In this document: in pieces, positions 48,623-60,606 of the stretch
Layout of the letters: each line of letters begins with the position of its first letter
How positions within the stretch are numbered: the first letter of the stretch is position 1
NCBI GenBank assembly: GCA_964187785.1
Contig: OZ076409.1
Coordinates: forward strand, 70,496,001-70,560,000
Direction of reading: 5' to 3'
DNA: 64,000 nucleotides
Source: Amphiscolops sp. MND2022
Taxonomy: Eukaryota
Made by a program: the position numbers and the translations under genes
Notes under the pieces: model-generated
The model's input: the letters and a program-made list of their open reading frames with translations, nothing else
Told to the model about the DNA's origin: nothing
The model's database searches: none

Positions 48623-51600
48623 GTGGCCGTGTCTTTTCGACGTGCTTTTGCATTGAGGAGTGGGTAGGGCCCCGCGACGACCTAGAAGAATTGGATGCTC
48701 ACCGAAACGTGCAGAATTCTACGAGATCTCATAGTTTGAGCCATTGGATTTTTCTGAAATTTGGCATGTGGCCTGGAATTGGTGAGTAGGTAAAACGTGT
48801 AAAAGGTAATTTTTCCCAAATTCCACTGTGAGAGGAGATATGGGCAAATAACGGACCCAAAAATGGCAAAAATGCACATTTTTCAACTTTGTCAGCCAAT
48901 ATCTCTTTTCCAGGTGCCCGTAGCGTTCCGCACGTGGACATCAATATTGCTCAGCGCTGTTGGAGGAGTGCGTGGACAAATTTTGGTTTAAATCGGAGTT
49001 AAACTTGACGAGAAATTAACGGTTTTTTGGGCGTTTCCGGGGTAAATTTTTTAACGGTCCAGCTTATCTTTGCCATTTTTTCGAAAATGTACATGCCTAA
49101 AGGCCTCCCCCTGGCCGAATTTACTCCCAGCAAACCCATTTGGCCCTAAATACGGAGTTTCAGCGTTCCAGCATTCCGGGGCGGAAAGTTGTGGGACTTG
49201 GAAAAATTTCAATTTTTTTTCAAAAATTTTTTTTCCCGTTTTCCGGGCCCCCAATGAAGGGGAACGACCCCCCAACCAGTATTTTGAGTGAATTCATGTG
49301 GAAAGCCCATGTTTGGAGGAGAAAAATGCCGTTTAGCACATCTTTTTATCTTAACTTGACATTGACTTATGACGTTTTGAATGTGATGTTAGGATATATG
49401 AAGCATGTTAAAAGTTGAAGTTTTGAGTCTTTATCTCATCGGAAAACCATTGAGATACAAGCAGTTTTGCTAAAAACGATTTTCATTGTAGGTTAGCAGA
49501 GTATTAGTACACTTTGATGTCATTTGAGTATATTTTTCTTCTATATAATAACTGTTTTTATGTATTTATTCCAATTTATCTCATCTTTTAACATCAAGCA
49601 GTTGAGTACATTTCATCTCCCTTTCGGGGGAGATGAGAATGTACTCGCTAAAAACCTAATGCTATGGCGCCAATGTTTGGATGGGAAGTTTTCTATGCTT
49701 TGAAAAAAGTTATTTTTAATTACTTGATTTTTTAAAACAATAATTAACATGAAGTACATTACTTGCTCCTACTACTACCACCATACATCTCTAACGTCAA
49801 CGCCCCCTGCTTGCATCAACGCCCCATCGTCCGTGGGCATGCCGAGGCATGCCCTTCGACGACGTATGCCAAATGCCCAGTGCCACGCAGTCTTTTCCCG
49901 CTAGGTGGCCGTGTCTTTTCGACGTGCTTTTGCATCGAGGAGTGGGTAGGGCCCCGCGACGACCTAGAAGAATTGGATGCTCACCGAAACGTGCAGAATT
50001 CTACGAGATCTCATAGTTTGAGCCATACGATTTTTCTGAAACTTGGCATGTGGCCTGGAATTGGTGAGTAGGTAAAACGTGTAGGAGGTAATTTTTCCCA
50101 AATTCCATTGTGAGAGGAGATATGGGCAAATAACGGACCCAAAAATGGGGAAAATGCACTTTTTTCAAGTTTGTCAGCCAATATCTCATTTCCACGTGCC
50201 CGTAGCGTTCCGCACGTGGACATCAATATTGCTCAGCGCTGTTGGAGGAGTGCGTGGACAAATTTTGGTTTAAATCGGACTTAAACTTGACGAGAAATTA
50301 ACGGTTTTTTGGGCGTTTCCGGGGTAAATTTTTTAACGGTCCAGCTTATCTTTGCCATTTTTTCGAAAATGTACATGCCTAAAGGCCTCCCCCTGGCCGA
50401 ATTTACTCCCAGCAAACCCATTTGGCCCTAAATACGGAGTTTCAGCGTTCCAGCATTCCGGGGCGGAAAGTTGTGGGACTTGGAAAAATTTCAAAATTTT
50501 TTCAAAAATTTTTTTTCCCGTTTTCCGGGCCCCCAATGAAGGGGAACGACCCCCCAACCAGTATTTTGAGTGAATTCATGTGGAACGCCCATGTTTGGAG
50601 GAGAAAAATGCCGTTTAGCACATCTTTTTATCTTAACTTGACATTGACTTATGACGTTTTGAATGTGATGTTAGGATATATGAAGCATGTTAAAAGTTGA
50701 AGTTTTGAGTCTTTATCTCATCGGAAAACCATTGAGATACAAGCAGTTTTGCTAAAAACGATTTTCATTGTAGGTTAGCACAGTATTAGTACACTTTGAT
50801 GTCATTTGAGTATTTTTTTCTTCTATATAATAACTGTTTTTATGTATTTATTCCAATTTATCTCATCTTTTAACATCAAGCAGTTGAGTACATTTCATCT
50901 CCCTTTCGGGGGAGATGAGAATGTACTCGCTAAAAACCTAATGCTATGGCGCCAATGTTTGGATGGGAAGTTTTCTATGCTTTGAAAAAAGTTATTTTTA
51001 ATTACTTGATTTTTTAAAACAATAATTAACATGAAGTACATTACTTGCTCCTACTACTACCACCATACATCTCTAACGTCAACGCCCCCTGCTTGCATCA
51101 ACGCCCCATCGTCCGTGGGCATGCCGAGGCATGCCCTTCGACGACGTATGCCAAATGCCCAGTGCCACGCAGTCTTTCCCCGCTAGGTGGCCGTGTCTTT
51201 TCGACGTGCTTTTGCATTGAGGAGTGGGTAGGGCCCCGCGACGACCTAGAAGAATTGGATGCTCACCGAAACGTGCAGAATTCTACGAGATCTCATAGTT
51301 TGAGCCATACGATTTTTCTGAAATTTGGCATGTGGCCTGGAATTGGTGAGTAGGTAAAACGTGTAGAAGGTAATTTTTCCCAAATTCCACTGTGAGAGGA
51401 GATATGGGCAAATAACGGACCCAAAAATGGCAAAAATGCACATTTTTCAACTTTGTCAGCCAATATCTCTTTTCCAGGTGCCCGTAGCGTTCCGCACGTG
51501 GACGTCAATATTGCTCAGCGCTGTTGGAGGAGTGCGTGGACAAATTTTGGTTTGAATCGGACTGAAACTTGACGAGAAATTAACGGTTTTTTGGGCGTTT

Positions 51601-52464
51601 CCGGGGTAAATTTTTTAACGGTCCAGCTTATCTTTGCCATTTTTTCGAAAATGTACATGCCTAAAGGCCTCCCCCTGGCCGAATTTACTCCCAGCAAACC
51701 CATTTGGCCCTAAATACGGAGTTTCAGCGTTCCAGCATTCCGGGGCGGAAAGTTGTGGGACTTGGAAAAATTTCAAAATTTTTTCAAAATTTTTTTCCCG
51801 TTTTCCGGGCCCCCAATGAAGGGGAACGACCCCCCAACCAGTATTTTGAGTGAATTCATGTGGAACGCCCATGTTTGGAGGAGAAAAATGCCGTTTAGAA
51901 CATATTTTTATCTTAACTTGACATTGACTTATGACGTTTTGAATGTGATGTTAGGATATATGAAGCATGTTAAAAGTTGAAGTTTTGAGTCTTTATCTCA
52001 TCGGAAAACCATTGAGATACAAGCAGTTTTGCTAAAAACGATTTTCATTGTAGGTTAGCAGAGTATTAGTACACTTTGATGTCATTTGAGTATTTTTTTC
52101 TTCTATATAATAACTGTTTTTATGTATTTATTCCAATTTATCTCATCTTTTAACATCAAGCAGTTGAGTACATTTCATCTCCCTTTCGGGGGAGATGAGA
52201 ATGTACTCGCTAAAAACCTAATGCTATGGCGCCAATGTTTGGATGGGAAGTTTTCTATGCTTTGAAAAAAGTTATTTTTAATTACTTGATTTTTTAAAAC
52301 AATAATTAACATGAAGTACATTACTTGCTCCTACTACTACCACCATACATCTCTAACGTCAACGCCCCCTGCTTGCATCAACGCCCACCGTCCGTGGGCA
52401 TGCCGAGGCATGCCCTTCGACGACGTATGCCAAATGCCCAGTGCCACGCAGTCATTATCGCTAG
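48623..52464 (+). mobile_element. Three short-family units, subfamily B' (1282, 1282, 1278 bp)
   Basis: B-type 5' end and tail, but with a different internal block (TTGCTCAGCGCTGTTGGAGGAGTGCGTGGACAAATTT, resembling the D-like unit). Confidence 0.7.
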
Positions 52465-52840
52465 GTGGCGGGGGGCTGTCCCCAATAGAATATAGTGAGG
52501 TAGGGTAGGGTTCCCTACCGAACATTCAGTACTGAAAGACTCTTGTAGTATGAAAATTTTTCGATGTTTTGAGACCGATTTCGGATTCCACCCGTCAGAA
52601 GTTTATGATTTTTTGGCCCCCACCCAGATTTTGGGCACTGATCGCCCCCCACCAGGTTCCATACCCGTGGTTTCGTTGTGACGGGTACACGAGCGACCGT
52701 TAGGGGTCAATCAGGGGGTAAAATTTATAAAAGTGTGAATAACTTTTCCCCCCGTCGTTTTAGCAGGTCCGGTCACTAGTAAAGGTTTGTTGGGCATCAT
52801 GCAGTGGGTACGGGGGGCCAAACAAAAATTTTCTATCTTG

Positions 52841-54880
52841 CACCGTTACGGACTTGGCCCCCCGCCCAAACCGCTATTTTACCGGAAATTGCACTTTTTG
52901 ACCGGGAAGGAGTCGTCTGAGCGCGGAGTCATTTGGTAATGTTTTGTAGAGCATCTGGAGACGTGGTGGGGGACATGTAGTTTGCCGACCCCAGTTTACC
53001 CCTCGGACGGGAAATGACCGTTATGTGAGTTTCAAAAATGCCCCCCTCCAATTTTCCCCGCAATTTCCGGTGTGAAGGAGTCGGAATAGCGTGTCGAGTG
53101 CTATATATCAAAAGTAGCTTTAAACAAGGACCTATCAGAAACATGTGGTTTGGGACCCTTTGAACGGACCCGTTAGCCGGAAATAGGGTGACCGCCTCCT
53201 TTTTTTGGTGGTAAAACCGTAAAACGGGCATTAAAGTGTAATTATCTCGTGAACGCGTGGAGCAATCGTGTCCATCACTCCTACAAGGTTTCATACCCAT
53301 GACATGGTGCCTTCAGGGGGGCAAACAGATCAGCGCTATCTATCACCGTTACGGACTTTGCCCCCCAGCCTAACCGCTATATTACCGGAAATTGCCCTTT
53401 TTGACCGGGAAGGAGTCGTCTGAGAGTGGAGTCGTTAAGTAATGTTTTGTAGAGCATCTAGAGACGTGTTGGGGGACATGTAGTTTGCCGACCCCGGTTT
53501 ACCCCTCGGACGGGAAATTACCGTTATGTGAGTTTTAAAATTGGCCCCCTTCAACTTTCCCCGTTATTTCCGATGTGAAGGAGTGAGGGTAGCGCGTCGG
53601 GTGTCATATATCAAAAGTAGGTTAAGACAAGGACCAACCGGGAACATGTTGTTTGGGACCCCCTGGCCCAACCCATTAGCCGCTATTAGGGTGATCGCCT
53701 CCTTTTTTTACTGCTAAAACCGGAAAACGGGCATTGAGGGGTAAAGATCTCGTGAACGCGTGGAGCAATCGTGTCCATCACTACTACAAGGTTTCATACC
53801 CATGATACGGTGCCTTCAGGGGGGCAAACAGATTACCGCTATCTATCACCGTAACAGACTTCCCCCCCAGCCCAACCGCTATGTGACCGGAAATTGCACT
53901 TTTTGAACGGGAAGGAGTCGTCGGAGAGCGAGCTCTTTAGGTAATGTTTTGTAGAGCATCTGGATGCGTGATGGGGGACATATAATTCGTCGACCCCGGT
54001 TCACCCCTCTTACGGGAAATAACCGTAATTTGAGCTAAAATATTGAACCCCTCCATGTTTAACCGCTACTTCCGGCGTGAAGAAGTAGGATTAGTGTGTC
54101 AAGTGCCATATATCGAAAGTAGGTTCTGACAAGGACCTATATGAAACATGTAGTTTGGGACCCACCGCTCCAACCCGTTAGCCGGAAATGAGGAGATTTT
54201 GTACTTCGTTTAATGTTAAAAGGGAGAAAATGACTTTGAGGGAGAAATGTCTCGTGAACGCGTGTAGCTACGAACTCCTTCACTACTGCATGGTTTCATA
54301 CCCATGATACGGTGCCTTCAGGGGGACAAACAGATTAGCGATATCAATCACCGTTGCGGACTTGGCCCCCAGCCTAACCGCTATGTGACCAGAAATGCCA
54401 CTTTTTGACGCCCATGAGTCGGTCCCAGCCTGGCAACGGTAGGTAACTTATTGTTGTACTCATTGAGACGACATTGGGGATATAGTTTCAGTCATCCCCT
54501 TCGGACTGAATATGACCGTCATGTTGGAAAATTTAGAATTTTAGTAGTTTTTTAAGGCCATTTATGTCGGGAGAGAGCGGTAATAGGGCTTTGGACATTA
54601 AATTATGGAAGAAGTGTAGTGAGAAGTGCATTCAGAATTGATTATTACGATGACCCGGAAGTACCCCTATCATAGGAAGTTACTGAATATGGTCAATGTG
54701 TGAGTTTCAACTTAAACATTTTTTGTGAATCAGCAAAAAATGTTAGTAACTTTTTATCGCCTTCAGAACTAATAAGTTTTGTTAAATGGTGTGAAATAGC
54801 AGTATTTAATAACGGAAGTCCAACCTGTATCAGTCTATAAATACCAAATTGGTTTCAGAATAACTTTAGACGTGTTTTTG
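52841..54880 (+). repeat. ~503-bp subrepeat: three copies plus a diverged fourth
   Basis: CACCGTTACGGACTTGGCC-like anchor at 52841, 53344, 53847 and 54349. The same anchor occurs twice in the first A unit (541, 1043). Confidence 0.9.
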
Positions 54881-54949
54881 TGGATAAAATATCAAATACA
54901 GATTTGCACAATTTAAAAGATTAATATTTTCATTTGAGGTACCCTGATT

Positions 54950-55460
54950 ATAGAATATTATAGTATAGTATAGAATACAATAGTATAGAATATTATAGTA
55001 TAGAAAAATATAGTATAGAATTTTCTGTTATAGTATAGTATAGTATAGAATAGAACAGTATAGAATATTAAGATCATTATTGTTTAGTAAAGTATAGTAT
55101 AGTATAGTATAGTATAGTATAGAGTAGTATAGTATAGTATAGTGTAGTATAGAATTGTATAGTTTAGAACATTATATTACAGTACAGTATAGAATAGTAT
55201 AGTTTAGTATTGTTCAATATATTATATTATATTATTGAATAGAATATTATTGTAAATTTTAGTATAGTATAGTGTATTAAATTATATTCTATCATAGTAA
55301 AGTATAGTATAGTATTTATAGTTTATTATATTATATTATATTATACTATAGTATTGTATAGTACAGTATATTACATTAAAATATAGTACAGTATAATATA
55401 TTTTTGAATAATATACTAAAGTATAGTATAGTGTGGTATAGTTTAATATAGTATATAGTA
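54950..55460. repeat. Degenerate (AGTAT)n/(TATAG)n pentanucleotide microsatellite
   Basis: Runs such as AGTATAGTATAGTATAGTAT at 55091-55140, with AT-rich degenerate flanks. Confidence 0.95.
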
Positions 55461-55519
55461 TGCATTATGATAAAAATTTTAGTTCTCCTTGATCAAGTTT
55501 AAATTTATTTATGATTAAA

Positions 55520-56990
55520 ACCGAGGTCATTTTTGTCAATGCTTATACCTACAGCATGAAACAAGTGAATAGGCAGTTTCTAGGAGCATAGTAGCGAAAA
55601 ACATTTGGTCCTAAGTGTCATTCATGGACTAATATTTTCATTGTGTCATTAAAATCGCCTAATTCAATTCTGTTAGGAGGATTTTTGAGCATGTAAAAAT
55701 GGTTTTTAAATGCTTCTAGCATCCGATATAACCATTACAGTGAGAAAGGAAACATAATAAAGACCCCTAATTGGTTTTAGAAATTTAAAGTTCTTATAAA
55801 TTATTTTACCATTCGCCTTTTTGCAGGTTTTGATTGTTTACTTCAGACTGGTTGCATATAGCTCAGACCAATGTATCAAAATGTTGCAGAATCTGAAAAT
55901 AAATCTCATAGCCAACGATGTTGATATTTAACAATTCTCGTACATAAAGAATGTTTTAAAGGTTTTTCACTGAATGGAGCATCCGATAGAACTGTTAGAG
56001 GGAGAAAGCATATATAGAAAGAACCCTGTTGCATCTTGGAAATGTAGGAGTTTTCGCTTTGTATAGTTTCCCTTGGCTCTTTTAGTATCTCTTATAACGT
56101 ATACAAAGAGCAACAGGCATTTGTAAACACCAAAAAAGGTTTCAGAATTTTTTCTCTTTTATTGGCGGTTTTAGCAGGGTCTACACGTGCAAGTCAAAAT
56201 TATAAATTGATCATTTTGAAATAGAAATATTCATCGGATCTTGTCTACAATGATCACTTTGCAAATCGACAGACTTGTTGTCGACTGAATGAAAAATTAT
56301 TTCGTGAAACTAAATTTTTTTTAAACGAGCTTACAACATATTTCAGATATTTGGAGTTTATTTTATGTTGTTTCACATTTACTGACTGTTCACTCCCAAA
56401 AGAAAGGTGTCAGTTTTACAAAAAGTTGCTGTAAGTGCTAGTGGGTAGAGTAAAAATATTTGTTGAGGTTTAAAAAACTCTATCTAATACAAAAAGACAT
56501 TGACATTTTGATTAGTGAACTTTTTTTAAACTCCCACACTAAAAAAGCATGTTGTTGACAAGTAGAAAATTGAATTAGACATTTTTGGACGTCATAAATG
56601 ACACTGTCGTAAAATATGGGCCCAATGATACATGGAACAAGCACCAATAATCATGTAATAGAAGATATATCATATTTATCTACTATAAGACGTTACTTTT
56701 GGTGTATTTAGCATTTTGATTAAAAGTGTTTGTCTCTGTGGAACAAGTTGAAACTTGTTTGTGACCACAACTAAGGTCATATTTGTCAACTCTATAAGTA
56801 CAGTATGCAACAGGTGTATGGGAATATTATAGGACTATAAACGGAAATGGTTCGGTCTCGAGTGTTCATTCATTGACCAATGTTTTAATTGTGTCTGTAA
56901 AATGGCTTCGTTTAATTCTAATAGGAGGATTGTGGAGAATGTAAAAATGGTTGTTAATTGCTTCAAGCACCCAATAGTAACATTATTATG
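55520..56990 (+). repeat. Diverged ~230-bp direct repeat pair (~55520-55750 and ~56770-56990)
   Basis: Shared in order: AGGTCAT.TTTGTCAA, TACAG.ATG.AACA.GTG, TCATTCAT.GAC, ATTGTGTC, AATTCT..TAGGAGGATT, ATGTAAAAATGGTT.TTAA.TGCTTC.AGCA. Confidence 0.8.
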
Positions 56991-57754
56991 AGGAAGCAAA
57001 TATCAAAAAGATTCCTGCCAGGTTTCGGAAATGTAGATCTGTTCTAAATTCTTTTTCCACACGCCTAATTGCTGTTTTTTATAGTTTACTTCAAAACTGT
57101 TGTATTCAGCTCGGCAGACAAATCTGACTAAATGTTCCCCAGTCTGAAAGTATGATAGCTTACCTTCATGCATATGAATTATTTTGATTTTCAATGTTCA
57201 TATAGACACCTATGTTAAGACCGTCGTTTTTGCCTAACTCTACGTTGACTTATGTTGTTTTGAAGCTGCGATTCTGGTGTGTCAAGTTCCAAATATAGTA
57301 TGAAGCATCCAATTTTTGTGAAGCCTAAGTATGCACTCCGATGTTATCAGTGGGCCCATGATATTCGAGAACACGAATGGCACTGTTACAACTGCTACCG
57401 AAATTAATTGAGAACCAATAAGACAGTTTTCATAGGAAAAATTCTGGAATGAAGTAAACATCTCGGAATTGTGGAAATATAATTAAAAGTGATGTAAACA
57501 AAATTTAACCCATTGATGTCAATCACTATGTACACAGAACGCGTTGTGTGCGTTTCAGTAGTAAAATGAGGTTTTTCAAGAAGAAAGTCTGTTCAAGGAA
57601 TGACTATTAAACATTCTTTCGGTATTTGGTTGCATTTCTTATGTCAATTTTTGGTTCTAGTCGTTATATCGTTGTTCCAGGGCATCATTGTCGTTTTTGC
57701 TCCTCCTACGTTGACTTGCAACATCTGAAAATAAATTTGTGAATAGTTCTAATA

Positions 57755-57860
57755 TAATTATTAATTTACATACAATATATATATATATATAAGATAAAAT
57801 ATATATTATTATATTATATACTCAATTAATGTATTATGTATAAAATATATATATATTCCT
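57755..57860. repeat. AT-rich low-complexity/(TA)n tract
   Basis: ATATATATATATAT runs in almost pure A/T sequence. Confidence 0.8.
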
Positions 57861-58162
57861 TCTTTGTGAAATTAAAATATTATAATATACATAACATTCG
57901 TTGGTGTAAAATAAATCCCAGAAAAGATTTTTGAGAAGCAGACAAATACATCTGAGAAAAAAATTTTGTTGTAATGAAGTTAATGTTGCTTCTTTGTTCT
58001 AGCTAAAATATTGAATATTGTTGCATATGGTGTCATTTGAGGGACTGACTGATTTTATCATGACTTTACTTAGTATTGCTTGTTTTTTTCAGAATCACTT
58101 TATCAAGAAAATCAAGAATCATCAAACAATTGGCTACAACTTAAATTTTTTCAGAAAAAAAC

Positions 58163-58748
58163 ATGAGTCAAAACGCTGTTAATGCGAATGCGCAAAAAGT
58201 AAAGAGTAAAGAAGTTATGAAAGAAGGTGAAAAAGACATGTTCCTCACGGTGGTTCTAAAGTCAAAAAGTCTAAAGTCAGAGGTGGATTTCCAGAATAAA
58301 AAAGAATGCTATGTATTCGCAGAGAGCCTTATGGAAAGAATGAACTTGAAAGCGTCGAAAATAACGGTCGCAGCATTCAAGCAGAAATGGATATTTTTCA
58401 ATTTTGAAACAATGTAGGTTAACTTTCTTCCGAAAATTTGTTCATAAACATAATTTTTTACACGTAAAATATGATTTACAGGATGCGAAAGAATGCAGAG
58501 AATGGCTGACAAGTAACCAAGAAATACACGAAAAAAATACAATTTATGTAACCAATTTTCAAAAAACTCCTAGCATTTTCCATCAAAGTTGTAACCAAGC
58601 CTTCAAACGATCTCCTCACTTTCTTGACCCCAACCCCTCCTGCTCGACTCAACCAACCAGACAATACACTGCAAAGGACTTGAAATCACGCGATGGGCAA
58701 CTCCACCATGATATTTTCATCAAAACTAAAAGACCAAAGATGTTTTAA
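58163..58748 (+). pseudogene. Two-exon small gene (58163-58417 + 58482-58748) encoding an RRM-like protein, with an in-frame TAG at the exon junction
   Basis: A 64-nt GT..AG intron (AG|GTTAAC...TTACAG|G, 58418-58481) joins two ORFs in frame to give ...KWIFFNFETM*DAKECREWL..., an RNP1/helix-2-like pattern. AATAAA follows at 58795-58800. Fold assignment is by eye only. Confidence 0.5.
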
Positions 58749-59597
58749 CGTATCGATTCCAACTTTCACTTTAACTTTTAACTCTTTAAATTGTAATAAA
58801 AATTAATGATTTTGTTTTTTTTAGGACTGACTTGCAGTTGAGACTTTTAAAATCATAACAACTTCAATTTCAAAATCGAAAAATAATGTTAAAATATAAT
58901 TTAATGTGTTTTTTAATTTTTTTTTCATGATCCAATTTTTGTTATGATTTTAAATAAAGTCTCTCAGGTACGTGGCAACTGTGGATCCTGATGTCAGCGG
59001 GTTGTTCAACAATCAGACGTGGAATAGATGTCACAATTTCATATTTCATAATGGTAATTGATCATGATTGGATATGCACGTCAATCAAATGAAACATATG
59101 CAACAAAAAATCCTAATGACAAAGTTCTGCGAACAGGAAAGGGAGAAATATGATAAAACGAAAACACCAACTGGAATTACTTCAATTAAACCCTCATAAT
59201 TTCTTTACTTATATAACATAATTTAACGAATAATATACATTCATAATTATCTATAGCATAGGTTTGAAAATTAATAACTATTTAATGTAATGTTCAGTTA
59301 TATGACGCCTTGTTTATTTTTGCTGCGTTACTCATGAACCGGGAATAATTCCTGGTCATTAGTGATTGGAATTGTTTAATTTATCTAAATGACCTATACT
59401 TTTTTTTTTCAAATTTTTAATACGAGTTAATCAATAGTTATAAAGTTAGACTGTTAATAATTATTTGAGAAGGCCAAACTATATTTCTTATTCAAAAAAA
59501 TACATTAGCAGCGCAATTGTTATGAAGTGTTTAATAAGTATTTCAAATATGTAGTACTTAATAGAATAAATGCTTAATTGTTGAAAAGTGGTTAAAT

Positions 59598-59699
59598 TAC
59601 GGCTCATCAGGAGTTAGCTTGCTGCGTTATGCGGAAGGCCCTCCTGATGAAGCTATGTCCCCCCTTTTTTCAGTGGGTAACCTATGCCCAATTTTTTTT
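59598..59699 (+). ncRNA. Structured ~100-nt element, copy 1 (unknown class; RNA status inferred)
   Basis: TCATCAGGAG pairs with CTCCTGATGA; there is an inner stem, a second small hairpin TGGGTA..TGCCCA and a T-run. It is a GC-richer island in AT-rich DNA. Confidence 0.45.
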
Positions 59700-60503
59700 C
59701 AAGCAAAATTTTCCAGCTTTTAGATCAGTAACTTGTATTATTTTTCATTGACATTGATAATTTTTGAATATTTTGGTCATTTTTAGTCATAAACCTTTAA
59801 CCATTAAATTGTGCTCTCATTGAAGGTACTGTTGTATCATGCGTTTGCTGTTTTGAAACATCCTGACAAGTTTGATTCATTGAATGACTCCGGTCATTTC
59901 TTTTTATTTTGATAAAAAGTTTCATTGTAATAGAAATTTGGTTAGATACAACAGTTATTAATTTACCTTTTAAAAAATGTAATATTCCATATAGGGTTTA
60001 TAAGTTTTATAAAAATATATGGTATATGGATTTTACTGATTTTTGCAAACATGAAATTCTCACGAGCCCATGTGAATTTTCTGACAATGCCTGACAAGAA
60101 TTTTCACAATGCCATTGAAGCAATTGAAGAAAATGGTTATTTTGATATTTTCTCATTTCAGACATAAACTACATTCAACATACCTACAGTTGAAATAATA
60201 TCGAACACTTATAGAAAACCAATACATTTTTTCATCAATTAAAATCCTTATCTTTCGCTTATCAAGAAAAACACCGAAAATTTGAAATTTACTCGAAAAT
60301 TTGCAGCAAACAGCGTTTTCATACAGTGCGCAATTACAATTTTTAGCTCCAAGTGTAATAACTATTTTTGTTAGAAAGTTTAATAACTTATCTACAATAA
60401 ACTAGTTGAAATCCTTTGGAAATCTATTGCGTATATCAAATTCCTAGTCACGCGTTTCGTTAAATAACAAAGATTCACACGGATAAATATTTTGTTGGAA
60501 AAA

Positions 60504-60606
60504 TACGGCTCATCAGAAGTTAGCTTGCGGCGTTATGCTGAAGGCCCTTCTGATGATGCTATGTCCCCCCCATTTTTCGTGGGTAACCTATGCCCAATTT
60601 TTTTTT
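60504..60606 (+). ncRNA. Structured ~100-nt element, copy 2
   Basis: TCATCAGAAG pairs with CTTCTGATGA (compensatory relative to copy 1); 906 bp downstream of copy 1, with unrelated flanks. Confidence 0.45.

Larger units (their letters stand above)
1..52464 (+). repeat. Heterogeneous head-to-tail tandem array of 31 complete units (plus a partial first unit) joined at CTAGGTG; continues off the left edge
   Basis: Unit starts (first G after CTAG) read by eye: 171, 2163, 4135, 6105, 8080, 9352, 11343, 13314, 15286, 17259, 18528, 20520, 22491, 23760, 25030, 26299, 27567, 28971, 30245, 32212, 33500, 34790, 36760, 38735, 40711, 42685, 44656, 46650, 48623, 49905, 51187, 52465. All units are in the same orientation. 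Confidence 0.97.

Noticed and set aside
52..52464. CRISPR array (palindromic repeat plus variable segment)
   Set aside because: The period is 1.3-2 kb, the 'spacers' are homologous to each other and recur, no cas genes are present, and the context looks eukaryotic.
52..52464. Bacterial integron cassette array (attC sites)
   Set aside because: No RYYYAAC/GTTRRRY-bounded attC structure at the junctions, the cassettes carry no genes, and no integrase is visible. The analogy is architectural only.
171..52464. rDNA, 5S, tRNA, snRNA or histone gene tandem cluster
   Set aside because: I could not recognise any such gene sequence in the units by eye; an Rfam scan would be needed to exclude a divergent small RNA.
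19..53300. The many 60-140 aa ORFs in the supplied track across the array
   Set aside because: They recur only because the DNA repeats. Starts, stops and frames differ between copies, many span unit junctions, and none shows a recognisable domain.
59644..59650. Hammerhead ribozyme or C/D snoRNA suggested by CTGATGA
   Set aside because: CTGATGA is sequestered in the long stem, and no correctly placed GAAA core or terminal D box is evident on either strand.
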